A stretch of DNA of 39,785 nt from Halocafeteria seosinensis (taxonomy: Eukaryota), in NCBI GenBank assembly GCA_001687465.1, contig LVLI01001608.1, forward strand, positions 1-39,785, in the 5' to 3' direction. Below are positions 22,483 through 33,929 of the stretch, piece by piece. The position numbers and the translations under genes are program-made. Positions within the stretch are counted from its first letter, which is position 1. Each line of letters opens with the position of its first letter. Below the pieces are notes generated by a model. That model was given only the letters and a program-made list of their open reading frames with translations. It did not search any database and had not been told where the DNA came from.

Positions 22483-25115
22483 ATGGGGGAACAGCATAAG
22501 CCCTTCTCCTCCCCCTCCAGGAGATCTGCTTCGGCTACTTCCTCTTCCACAACCACAGTAACAGCAGCCACAGGATCTACTACTACAAGGAGTGAGAGCT
22601 CTACTAGTACCGTGAGTGAGCAGAAGCAGAGGCATGCATCCAGTGCTGAGGGAGGACCGCCACCTCCGCCACCGCCGCCTCCTCCGGGACGTCCTTCCTC
22701 CACAGGAGGAGCCGAAGAGAGCGCTATACAATCCTCCTCCAAGTCCAAGACCTCTCGTACACCTAAGAGTAAGGGTGTATCGGCATCAAAGGACCACAGC
22801 GAAAAAGTGCACGCGAAAATGAACCTGTATGACAAGGAGAGACTGCATTCTGAGACGGCCTTTGTGCCGATGAGGTCGTTAAGTGGCGCTTCCAAGACCA
22901 CCCACTGCAATGGAGATACAGGGGGAGGACATTTTTTGGCAGACACGGGACAAGAGGAGCAAGAAGCCGATATATTCCCGGCCCCTGTGAGGAAAGCCAA
23001 TACCACGAACGATACGCATGCCCCTTCTGAAGCCACCTCTTCGACAGCGGATACACAAGCGACTTCAGAGAGTCCTGGAGCCAAAGCGAACTCCCCGGTA
23101 TCGACGATGGATGATGCACAAGGCACCACAGAGCGCACCGAAGCCTCGGCCGAAACAAACATATCCCATTCGACAGCGGCTGTACAAAACACGACAGACG
23201 CAAGCACCCCTGTGTCGACCATGGATGCACAAGCGACGACAGAGGCAACTGAATCCACAACCAATGTTGCGGAAGGAAATGCGGGGGATTATCAAGGGAT
23301 AGAAGATGAACAGAGGCGAGCTACGAGGAGTACGAGTCCCGGGAGTGTGAACTCGTCTGTAGCGTCCCGTAGTGCTAGTGATCGTCCAATGGAGGATGGA
23401 TCTCCTGGCGGAAGTCGACTCTCACTGGCTAATGTAGAGCTCCGAAAGGAATCTTTGAGTGCAGTTCCATTTCGTGAAGGTGAATCAATGGACTCGCCTG
23501 TCGGGACACCGGATGAGTCGACTGGATCTGGAAGCTTTTCGGAGAAGTATGAGCCGAGCTCCTTTGGAACGGCTGCCGCAGTCGGTGCTGGCAGCAAAGG
23601 CGCGAAAGCTAAGGCCGAACCAGGGCGAGCATCTCGATTATTTGCGCCGAAGTCGTGGTCAGAGAAATTTCGCTCGACTAAGCGACGCCTAAAGCAAAAT
23701 ATATTAGTGAGTCTTGGGGCGTCTCAGAGTTCAAGAGACGTTAGTTTTGAGAACACGCAATTGCGGTGAGTGAATGATCGGAAAGAACTTGCTCCTCAGT
23801 CACTGACCTAGACTTACGCCTTTCGTGCTAAAAACGTATTGCAGGTATAAGAGGGTGCAGGATTCGTTAGAAAAGTTGAGGACCGGCGTGACGGTTTACC
23901 TACAGCGCCTGTGTCAGAGCTGCGATGCTTCCTGCTCCCTTGCTTCCACGTTAAACTTTCTGGCTTCTTCAGATCTTACTCATGGCGTGGTGAGTGATCA
24001 TCCACACGTCAGAGCAGAACATGGGAGCGTTCCACCACAACTCTCAGCTCGAAGCTTCTTAACGATGCAATATGAATTGAAGCAGCTAACTTACAAATCG
24101 ATTGAACAACATGTGACAAACAAAATACTTCAGCCCATAGGAGCTCTGATGAATCAGTTAGCCGGTATAAAGCATTTGCTAGAAAAGCGGAGGAGGTATC
24201 AAACTGATGTAGATGCATATAAGAGGAAGGTATGGTGAGACGTGTATTGTGTGGGAACAAAACGTCAATGAGCTCAGTAATTACTTGGATCCTATCCAGG
24301 TTAGCCAAGTGGAATCAGCGAAGCAAAGAAATGAACACGAAGTCCAAAGGCAGCGAGAAAAACTAAGTGCGGCGGAGGATGCGTTCGAAAAAGTAACCAA
24401 CGCTGTTTTGAAATGTCTCAGTGAAATGGAGTGCGCGAGGGCTCTTTTGGTGCAAGACACGTTGAATACGTTGGTTGCCTCTCAGGTGCATTTCCACTCA
24501 ATTATGTCAGATGCTGCTGTAACGGCTCTGCCGTACTTTACGGACGTGTCTACACCTCGAGTGGAGTTATCGTATATCACGTCATCCAAAGCGCAGCAAA
24601 TCAAATCGGTATCAGTTCCAGATCGTTCGCGACGTGTCGAAGCAGACGAAAAGCTGGTGTTTCAGCCTCTCGAAAAATTGTTAGAGCAGCTACTGGAAGG
24701 ACGACCGACGAATGCTGAGGGAGCTCCTTCGGAGGAGTTCCAGTCAGCGGTTGAGAAAGCCCCCTCGTATTCGCAAAAGCACCAGGACATTACAACAACT
24801 ACTGGAAAGCGTGCGTCGAGGGATCAAAAGACAGATATTCCCTCTCGGTACTTTGTCAATGATTCAGGGACAACCGGTGCCGTATATCCGCCAAAACAAG
24901 GTGGAGTTGGCTTGGCAAGTTTGCATGACCAAATGGGAACCTCCGTTCCCACGGGGGAGAGTGTAAAAGGCCGCACTTCTTATACTGGCATCCAAACCGC
25001 CATACAGTCAATGAAGCGTCACAGTACTGTCGCTTGGGACGCAATTGCAGCGTATGATGTAGAACGCCGCCCAGTTTCCACGTCGAGGAACTCTAGCAGT
25101 TTAAAGAGGAAATGA
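22483..25115 (+). CDS. BAR-domain protein with long disordered S/T/P-rich N-terminus; 3 exons, about 827 aa
   Basis: Exons 22483-23765, 23845-24229, 24300-25115 (phase-consistent). The helical region RDVSFENTQLRY...ILQPI...LLEKRRRYQTDVDAYKRKV...KLSAAEDAFEKVT...LVASQVHF matches the BAR pattern. Polyproline tract near the N-terminus. The 3' end is uncertain. Confidence 0.75.
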
Positions 25116-25945
25116 AGCGACTTGTGATGTCATTGTACAGCGTCGCTTGATTCATTCGGCCATAGCCCAGGTCTGTCTTGGGAGCTAGATATCGTGTAGG
25201 AATCGGGAGCTGGTTTAGTGACAGACATACAAGGGAAGCCCCTTCTCGTGAACTTCCATTGATGAAGATTGTGACCCTAGGGCAGAGAAAGCCATACCCC
25301 TGAGAAGCCACATCAAAATAGACAGATCTTCGTTCAATTCGCCTTTAACGAAAATAGCGAAGCGCTCAACAAGTGTGGAAGTCTTGTTATACGGTTGTGA
25401 TACGAAACTAATTGGGGTCAAGAGAAACTCGTTTACGATTGATGCTCCTGGTCGGGGCAGGTAACAGGGAGCGTTTGAGCCACTGTAGCACAAGGACAAA
25501 AAATTGATGTTTGCCTGGCCTAATTCAGCTTAGGCGGGCCGGCCAGCGTCGCAAACTCCATAGCTTGCTTAGTTTTGGAACTTCAGCTAGCCTGGCTCGC
25601 AGTCGCTTCGCCCTGAAATTGCCACACACACACACACACTACATGCTTGCAAACCTCCAAAATTTACATCAAAAGTGTCCACTCATGTCTGTCTTATCTA
25701 GGTGTGGCCGTTTCTGCTTAATTTTTTTTGAGTCGTTCTTCGTTCACGGTTCCTTCGCTGCTTCGTCTCCCAGACTAACGGCCCGTAGTAACGGGAGTCC
25801 CAGTGTTGGAGATTTGTGAAGCTGGTGTCGGGGTATGTCAGTGCGTGCCTCTCTTCCTTGTTTGCGTGATGATCCCGAACTCTAACACCTGATAGGCCGG
25901 TAGATAAGTCGGCTGCCTTGCTGGTGGCAAGGAGAAAAAGGGGTG

Positions 25946-27508
25946 ATGAGCAGCAGCACCCGCAAGGACGAGGAAAGCCACCAGCAATCCGAGTCGTCCT
26001 ATGGCCTCTACCGAGGAGATACGGAGGAAAGTGAAGCGGACAGAAGGCGGGTCGAGTCCCTGACGAGCGAGATAGACTTCCCCGCTTCCAATGAGGAGGA
26101 GAGAGAAGAGGGAAAGTCCTGGCGATCTCATGTTGTGTGGATTCTGCGGATGGGGATACTCTTGGGGATAGTGTATGCAGCTCTGTTTTTCATTTTCCAA
26201 GATGATGTGCTCCCGAGGGGAGCAGGATTCGCGCCGTTGTTGCTCATTCTCTGCAGTGAGATGGCAGGGAGAGCCCTGCAACACACGATCCTGCCTCCCC
26301 TCTTGGGCATGACGGTTGTGGGCATCGTGCTGCAGAATTTACCGGGAGAACCACTCGAAGGACTACGCGACTCGTGGGCATCGGTCTTGCGGTCCATCGC
26401 ATTGACGCTGATACTTTTCCGGGGAGGTCTAGGATTGGACTTGAGCAAATTGCGAAGTCTCGGAATCACAGTGCCTTTGCTAACGGTGTGCCCACAATTG
26501 GTAGAGGCGGCGGTCGTTACTGTCCTAGTCAACGTGTTGATTGGGCTACCATGGCTCTGGGCTCTTCTGACTGGCTTCGTTGTTGGTGCTGTATCTCCCG
26601 CCGTTGTGGTCCCACTGCTACTAAATTTGAAAGGAAAGGGTTACGGGACGAACAGAGGCATACCAACCTTGATTCTAGCGGCAGCTGGCGTTGAGGATGT
26701 GGTTGGCATTAGTTTCATTGGCATATTTTTGGCCATTATCTTCTCTTCAGGCAGCTTAGCGGTGAATATCATTCATGGACCTGCCGAAGTTATTGGTGGC
26801 GCCATTGCGGGGATTGTCCTGGGTTGCCTATCTCGTCCCCTGGAGCATTCCGATCAGCACTATAGACGCATTGTGATCCCTTTGGTAGCCATAACTGTGA
26901 ATTTGCTATCGCGACATCTAGGATTTTCAGGAGCGGGTCCGCTTGCGGCAATGGCTTACGGAGCCTCAATCTCGTATTTTGCTCGAAAAGAGGCCTTCGT
27001 CGAGGAGATTCAAGCCTTTGTCAAGCCAATGTGGAGGGTGTTTGAGCCACTCCTCTTTGGTTTAGTTGGAGCTTCAATCTCGTTCGACCAGTTGAAGGGT
27101 AGCACCATTGGATTTGCAGTTGGTATAGTCTTCATCAGTGGCTTGTTTCGGTTTGCTACTGCCTATACTGTACAAGGATTTTCATCGTTCAGTTGGAAAG
27201 AGAGGCTGTTTGTTAGCGTTGCCTGGATACCCAAAGCTACGGTACAGGCTGCAATGGGTCCCCTGGCCTTAGATATTGCCCGGAAGGATGGGGACGCCGG
27301 CGATCGAGACCTAGCAAGAGATGTACTGGCAGTAGCTGTCGTGGGTATAGTGATTACCGCTCCCCTGGGCGCGGTGGCTATACAATTCTTTGCCCCCAAA
27401 CTGCTGACTAGGGATACCTCTGATGCTGAACAAGAGAATTCAGTGAAAAACGATGGACCAGTTGATGCAGCAACTTCTGTAAGAATAAATGGTAGCGGGA
27501 ATGGATGA
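25946..27508 (+). CDS. Na+/H+ antiporter, SLC9B/NHA (CPA2) family (520 aa, intronless)
   Basis: Many hydrophobic segments. Family motifs LPPLLGM, LRSIALTLILFRGGLGLD, GAVSPAVVVP, GYGTNRGIPTL, FEPLLFGLVGA, AWIPKATVQAA, ITAPLGA. First ATG at 25946. Confidence 0.92.
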   Translation: MSSSTRKDEESHQQSESSYGLYRGDTEESEADRRRVESLTSEIDFPASNEEEREEGKSWRSHVVWILRMGILLGIVYAALFFIFQDDVLPRGAGFAPLLLILCSEMAGRALQHTILPPLLGMTVVGIVLQNLPGEPLEGLRDSWASVLRSIALTLILFRGGLGLDLSKLRSLGITVPLLTVCPQLVEAAVVTVLVNVLIGLPWLWALLTGFVVGAVSPAVVVPLLLNLKGKGYGTNRGIPTLILAAAGVEDVVGISFIGIFLAIIFSSGSLAVNIIHGPAEVIGGAIAGIVLGCLSRPLEHSDQHYRRIVIPLVAITVNLLSRHLGFSGAGPLAAMAYGASISYFARKEAFVEEIQAFVKPMWRVFEPLLFGLVGASISFDQLKGSTIGFAVGIVFISGLFRFATAYTVQGFSSFSWKERLFVSVAWIPKATVQAAMGPLALDIARKDGDAGDRDLARDVLAVAVVGIVITAPLGAVAIQFFAPKLLTRDTSDAEQENSVKNDGPVDAATSVRINGSGNG

Positions 27509-27569
27509 TTTTGCAACATTCTCACGCAGGGCATATAGGCGGTTGAAGGAGACTACAAGGGGGTGATTG

Positions 27570-28420
27570 AGGGTGTCAGTCTGACACTGTCAGATTGCGA
27601 GTAGTATTAGAAAGTTTGAATAAAGAGACATACGCTAATGCGAAATGACAGCTTGGCTTCCCTAGGGTTGACCTTTTTTCCTCTGCGTCAGTCCCACGCG
27701 GACCAGACCATGTTATCTCTCTATACATATATTCTTTAGCGGTGCTCGAGATGAGATTTTGCCCCTTCATAGAGAACCAAGTCTTCTATGTTAATTTCTT
27801 CGGGCTCGCTTTGGTGTAAATCGTAGAAGTAGCACTCGAATGGGGGATCGACATAATACTCCGGGTTTTCGATGCGATGCTCGGTATAGGTCTTAACCAT
27901 GAGCTCAATGTTACTCTCGGATACTACCAAGTCATCCTCTTCAGAGACAAGTACCTCCCATGCATATTGCATATCATTGGAAACCTCATTAGCGCACTCA
28001 TCAATGCCCGATCTAATAGTATCCACGAAGTAGTGCCAAATGTCTACACTAGGACGTTTGTAGCACCCGTGACCAATGCGGAGAACAAAGACGTACCTGG
28101 GAGACGATTCCCTGCAAAACATGCAAAAGTCCTCATTATTTCTTCTGGGGTACTACAGCTGAAAAATGATGTTCCACACTTAACTCATTTGATTCTAGAT
28201 GTTTCAGAATAGAGTCACTGCTCTTATTCCTCTTACATCGCGGCCAGGCTAAGCTTCGGATAGCATCTCCACCTTTTTGCGCGGTCACATCGAACCAGTA
28301 CTGTACTGTGTCCTCCACCCATTCTTTCTCCATGTGGTGTTGTAGCCATGTTGCCAAGTACACGTAGCAAACATCGGAGTGCACATCCTCGTCTAGCTCG
28401 CTTTGCAAAGTTTGCATGGC
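27570..28420 (-). pseudogene. Relic of unidentified protein-coding family, copy 1
   Basis: Broken ORFs 28417-28136 and 28122-27736 share colinear peptides with 30910-31560 (WLQHHM..EDT..YW, LAWP.C, H.IENPE.Y..P...C.FYDL). Boundaries approximate. Confidence 0.6.
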
Positions 28421-29227
28421 TGGTTAATTCGTACTGCTCGCTATTACGTAAATAAAACCCTGATAACTATGTATATCAGTAATATAACGGCGAATCGGAT
28501 TGTTGCGTTCAAAACAATCCAAAATCATATAAAACTTCACCTACCTCACTTCAGAAGTTTCCCAGTGATATCGAAGTCGGCCGTTGGTATCATCAAAGTT
28601 CCAGCCCAATACAAAAGGTTTAAAGGAGCAGATGTTCGCGCATTGATGAAGAGCTCGATATAAGTAGGTTTACCGTAGCGATACAGCTTTTTGTATTATG
28701 TTTTCGCGGCTACAGTGTGTGCTGTTTCAGGAATTGTGTGTAAAAAAAGATAAACGGCTCACGATTTGGTAGAGTGCCAGATATACTAGCCCGGTACTGT
28801 ACGGCGGAAACGCTGCTCTGAACTGTGTTTGTAGTGTTTTGGACGTACTGTCTGTCAGTGGTCATGTACACTACAAACAACTGTGGAAGCAAAGCAGACC
28901 TTGGAGCCATTTGTGTGTTGGAGGCTCAACTCTTCGTCGTCGTTGGCTCAACTTGGAGCGTGGAACCGTAGGAAGTTTGAGGAGTTCTTCGAAGAGAAGA
29001 GGGGATGCGCTTCCTCCATAGCTTTAGCGCCCAACTATCCCCGAGGTTTCGACAGGTATTCACATGGCTTAGAGCACATGTGTGATACGAGCACCACTTC
29101 ATGTAACTTCGGTGTCACAGCTTCAGCTTCAGTTCTACGTGAAGTGCAATCCACTTTGGGACTGTTTTGAAGTTTTCTGTACATCCCATTCCACAGGTTG
29201 CTATAGAAATAAAATAAATAAATAAAA

Positions 29228-30634
29228 ATGTCTGCACCTGAGGATATGAGCTATCAGACGTATATGGAGCGTCGGTTGAGGCAGCTGGAGGCTGAAAATG
29301 CGTGTTTCCGGGCGTATTGCCGGCGCCATTCCATCCCTTTACAGGAGGTTTTAGGCGATTCTGAGACCACAGACGGCGACAACAAGAAGGACAAGCAGCA
29401 GAGAAGCAGTAATAACAATAAAATTCCGTATGAAGCTGCTCTGGAACCTAGTCAATTGAAGCGCTATTCGAGGCAGATGCTGATTCATAATTTTGGGCCC
29501 TCTGCGCAGTCCAAGCTGCTGGATTCCACGATTCTAATCATTGGAGCCGGGGGATTAGGGTGTCCGGCAGCACTTTATCTTGCCGGGGCTGGGGTGAAAA
29601 AGATCATACTGGTGGACCACGACGTGGTCGATACCAGCAACCTCCACCGCCAAATTGGCCACGTGGAAGCGAGACAAGGGCTCCCAAAAGTCATGTCCTT
29701 GGCAGAAGCCATACAGGGAGTGAATCATCAAGTTCAAGTCGAACCGGTGCTTGCGAAGTTCACGGCAGAAAATGGGGTGGAATTAGCGAGTCGATCTGAT
29801 GTGGTCATCGACGCTACGGATAACCCCGCCACACGGTACATGGTGAATGATGCGTGTGTACTGGCCGGGAAACCTTTGGTTTCGGGTGCTGCTTTGGGTA
29901 TGAACGGACAGCTTTCCGTTTACAACTACAACGGCGGGCCTTGCTACAGATGTCTATACCCTCAACCACCTCCTCAGGGCTCTGTTACAAGCTGTGCTGA
30001 CGGAGGGGTTCTTGGCCCTATTCCTGGGGTAATTGGAGTCCTTCAAGCCCTTGAAACGATTAAAATTGTAACTCAAGTGGGAAAGACTCTGAGTGGAAGG
30101 CTCCTAATTTGGGACGGCGAAGATTCTAGGTTCCGTGTAGTGAACGTGGCGGAGCCTCGAAGTGAATGCTGCGCATGCTCTCGAGGGGAACATCAAACAA
30201 TTTTCAGCCTCCAAGACAGCGAAGAATTTTGCGCTTGTAAGGGTCTTGTTTCGATGGAAACGCACCAGACACAGAGTAAACCTCTTGAGTGCGAGACACC
30301 ACCGGAGGATCTTTTCAATCTAAAAGGGAATGGGGGAGATCCTCTCTTGCTGGATGTTCGGCCTGCCGCACAATTTGAAATGTGCCATTTACAAGGATTC
30401 GTTAACGTTCCTTTGGCAAAACTGCAGCGCTATGTCAGGGAAGGGTATGACATCCGGAACACCTTATTGACGGGCGTAAACTGCGAGCGCAATATTCATG
30501 TAATCTGTCGACGCGGCAACGATTCTGTGACAGCTGCGCATCTCCTCACACAGCAGGGACTACCAGCATTTAACATTTCTGGAGGGTACGAACAATACCG
30601 AAACAACGTGGATGCAGAATTCCCGGAGTACTGA
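29228..30634 (+). CDS. MOCS3: Adenylyltransferase and sulfurtransferase UBA4/MOCS3 (468 aa, intronless)
   Basis: RYSRQ, GAGGLG, SNLHRQ, DATDN, CYRC, SCADGGVLG, CxxC, and a C-terminal rhodanese domain with DVRP and CRRGNDS. Confidence 0.96.
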   Translation: MSAPEDMSYQTYMERRLRQLEAENACFRAYCRRHSIPLQEVLGDSETTDGDNKKDKQQRSSNNNKIPYEAALEPSQLKRYSRQMLIHNFGPSAQSKLLDSTILIIGAGGLGCPAALYLAGAGVKKIILVDHDVVDTSNLHRQIGHVEARQGLPKVMSLAEAIQGVNHQVQVEPVLAKFTAENGVELASRSDVVIDATDNPATRYMVNDACVLAGKPLVSGAALGMNGQLSVYNYNGGPCYRCLYPQPPPQGSVTSCADGGVLGPIPGVIGVLQALETIKIVTQVGKTLSGRLLIWDGEDSRFRVVNVAEPRSECCACSRGEHQTIFSLQDSEEFCACKGLVSMETHQTQSKPLECETPPEDLFNLKGNGGDPLLLDVRPAAQFEMCHLQGFVNVPLAKLQRYVREGYDIRNTLLTGVNCERNIHVICRRGNDSVTAAHLLTQQGLPAFNISGGYEQYRNNVDAEFPEY

Positions 30635-30909
30635 AACTGAAGAAGGTTTGAAGGATATGCGTATGCTCGTACTGGATTTTGCTGAAGGTTAGACAAGACT
30701 GTATCTTGTTGAGCTCCTCAAGAGTTCAGTGTACGAAGTTTCGAACGGGAACTGATGCCGTATACAAACTATACTGCCCAAGCTATGCCATAGCATGGAT
30801 GGTGTGGACAATTCTCACAATGCAAATTTCATTGGTAGTGTTGTAGAAGGGTCATGAGGATAGGCTAGCTTCCCGATACTATCGGGACCCTATGTAATTA
30901 TTGGACAGC

Positions 30910-31560
30910 GGCTGATAGTCAGACAGAAACACCGTCAAGAGCGAGTTGCCTGAATGACAAGGCTAAGACTTCTCTGAGTGGTACTTGTGTACTGTAGGGT
31001 TGTTCACCTGCCTTCCGAATGACTGTTTCACGTGGGTGTGTGTTGGCTCAAATCGTAGAAACAACATTTGATAGTGGGTTCACTGTAGCACTCTGGGTTT
31101 TCAATGTGCTTCATCAGATTGGAAACATACGTATCGATGTCATCGTTCAATACATGGGATAGTTCGTCGTCCGAGTCACGCAGATCGGGATAGTCCAAAC
31201 CGATGTCTTTCCAGTCACGCATGTATGCCTGCATCGATACTATCAGCGAAATAGTGTCGAAGGTTCCAACCGATCGAGCATCCTATGACTTGCTTCGTTA
31301 ACTTCACATACCGGCCAAGCTAACTTTTGGATCCCAATGGACTCTCCGCTTTGGATGAAGCTTTCCGTTTGGACTTTTTAGGGAGGGGTTCTGTGGTGCG
31401 TTGTACTCGCCCAGGATATTTTTAGGGACACGTTTTCATTTCGTGTTACTCCGACCCAGTACATGTGCGTATCCTCCAACGCTGCTCTCTTCATACGGTG
31501 TTGTAGCCATTCCAGATACTGATAGCAAAGCTTGAATCTGGACCCTTATACATTGGCACC
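30910..31560 (-). pseudogene. Relic of unidentified protein-coding family, copy 2
   Basis: YLEWLQHRMKRAALEDTHMYW (about 31520-31455), IQKLAWPVCEVNEASHRMLDRLE (about 31332-31264) and KHIENPECYSEPTIKCCFYDL are colinear with copy 1, interrupted by frameshifts and stops. Confidence 0.6.
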
Positions 31561-32399
31561 TTTCGCCTTCCCGATCCTGCTGGTTCTCTTGGAAGTTCGT
31601 TTGCCCATCGTTGTTATGACTTTTAGGTGTAAAGAGTCTTCCAGTGAGGGTGCACGCAAGGCACTTTTCCGAGCTGGATAGACGGATGATGGGATATTTT
31701 CCGAACATTGATTTATTGGATTTTAATGCTATCTTAATTCATTCCAATTACAAATGTACACACACACAGTTCTTGTAACTAACTTCTGACTTCTGCGTAC
31801 TTCTTACCATATTAAATCGCTCTTCCAATGGATCGTCGGATATTTGGGAGGAGCTACGTGAAATCGTCAGAAAATGGTCCACGTCTCCGAAGAGATAGCT
31901 TTTTCTCGACTCCTCTTCGCACCTGCCAAGATACGTCATCCTGTCATGGCTCGGCAGCGGACTCGCACTTGATTGCACTCCTAGACTACGCCACTTACCC
32001 TCACAATAGCATATATGTTCATTTCTCACTATTAGTAAAGATATTACGGTATTTAGTCGTCGGACTTGGATATTGTGCGGGAGACGCAGAGTCCAGGCAA
32101 GAAATGCGGGGACTGGGAGAAGGCTGTCCAACAAGCTTGACGGAGTCATGGAGGGGGTAAGTGACAGCGGATTATGTAAGTTTGTTCAACATGATGTATT
32201 GAGAGCATTCTCGTACTCGCAGATCAGAGCAGATGGTTACGAGTGCTCGGAGCATGGCGGCATTTCAACGGATTTCATCGCCGCATGTACTCCAAGCATA
32301 CACAGTAACTAGACCAGCCCGGCAAGGTTTGTAGTCCAAGAGTTCCTTCCTACGTGCATGCACAATACCTAGTAGTATTGAATTCACGAACAAATATCA

Positions 32400-33700
32400 C
32401 AGATAACCCGGCGTTCAATGCGGGTTATCGCACCATAGATGACATCCATAACGTTTCTTTCTCACAAGTCGAAGAGGCCTGGCTAGTCTGCCTCCCGTGA
32501 GCGGGTTTGGCACTACCACATCGACGTACAATGTACTCGTTGGGCCTTTTGCTAGCAGGTCCATTACTGGCCTCGCCTCTTCTTCGTTTCGCGGGTCTAT
32601 GAGCATCTCTCTCTCCACTGGCATTTGACTCATGCGGATGTAGTTCCCCAGTTCCGCTGCTATCCTGTCATGACGGCGGATCCTTTGTGTGGCTTTTTCT
32701 TCTTTGCCGCTCCCCCCGTGCGTGGTGCAGTAGCTCGTCGATCGGTCCTTCTCCACAGCATTAACCGGATGGCCTCCTAAACAGGTTAGTTTGGGGGAGC
32801 CCTAGGCGTAGGCGCAGTGCTACCATGTGCTTCGGCGTCGGTTAGTGTAAATCCTTTCCTTGGTGCTGCGTATAGCCATGCTGCTGCTCCGTCCGCTTGG
32901 CATGCTGTCAGTAACGCTTTCGGGTGTGGGTTCAGCGTCCCTTTCAGAGTCCGTGTAGCTACTCTCTGCAGCATCTTGCCCAAGGTATTCTTGTAGCTTC
33001 GTTTTGTTCCAGTCGCCTTCGTAGTTCGCATCCGGGAGTCCGATCGTTTCCTGTAGCCGTTCTGACTCGCCACGAGTATGGCGGCGGCTTCTTGCGATAC
33101 CGGTATTGCGCGAGCGGGTCCTGCTCGTCTCCAGGCACGTGTTGGATCGTTTTTGACGCGTCGATAGCCCCGGCGATATGCGATGCTTCTCCTGCGTGGT
33201 CTGGGGTGATTATCCCCAGGCCTCCTGCACGGTGTGGGCGGGGAGCTCATCCCGCCATTTCAGCGCTTTGAGCACCATGTAGGCCATATCCTGGTTGAAC
33301 TCTTCTGGTGGCCTTTTGGTAACCTCCGGGCTGAGGGTGCGAAGCCAGTACCGTAGTTGGGTTGTCTTGCGATTGAGTTGGTCAATAGTGTCATCGTGGC
33401 CTGCAGTTCTAGTCCTATTCTCCATGCCGGCAATTTGGGGCTATCAAGTGTGGTTCTTTTCCGTACATAGTTTTCCCGAAATTGTTCATTACCGTACGGG
33501 ACTCCCAGAATTACAATACCACGCTGAAGCTGAGCTGATAGACACATCTACGAAAGTCAAAAAGAAAAGGAGCATGGTCCCTCAGGTGAGGATCCACCTG
33601 TACTGTTGACGTGCTCAAAACATTTCCCCAGGACAGGTGCTACTTTATCCATGTTTACTGTATCGGATGAAACAGGACACGAACGCTTAATGCTAACGGT
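32400..33700 (-). mobile_element. 5'-truncated, frameshifted non-LTR retrotransposon with restriction-like endonuclease (CRE-clade-like)
   Basis: In order on the minus strand: VNMDK, GIVILGVPYG (33520-33491; RT C-terminal motif), GAAAWLYAAP, ALRLRLGLP (32820-32794), RIRRHDRI (RHD 32675-32667), RPVMDL...LYVDVVVPNP (RLE core). No YxDD visible. Ends approximate. Confidence 0.82.
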
Positions 33701-33902
33701 GGAAAATGTCGCAAATTTCAGATTGCACTGGTCTAGTCCAACCAACCCGGAACAAGTCAAATCCTCTGTCTCCTATTTGTGTTTGCATATTCACAGGCGA
33801 AATTCATTTCACTACTCCGCGATCTGGGCATCCTCTTTTCCTTTGCACTGTCGTTGGTGAGAATTCGTGGACTTTCTTCGCTTGATACCCATGTCTAGTA
33901 GA

Positions 33903-33929
33903 CTCTCTCGCGCTCTCTCTCTCTCTCTC
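33903..33929. repeat. Interrupted (CT)n microsatellite
   Basis: CTCTCTCGCGCTCTCTCTCTCTCTCTC. Confidence 0.85.

Noticed and set aside
22470..23597. Long antisense ORFs (264, 165, 101 aa) over the BAR gene, and similar shadows over other genes
   Set aside because: Explained as reverse-strand shadows of low-complexity coding sequence.
15111..30634. Functional cluster of sulfur/tRNA genes (LIAS, UBA4, VARS)
   Set aside because: The genes are separated by unrelated loci and act in different pathways; no evidence of co-regulation.
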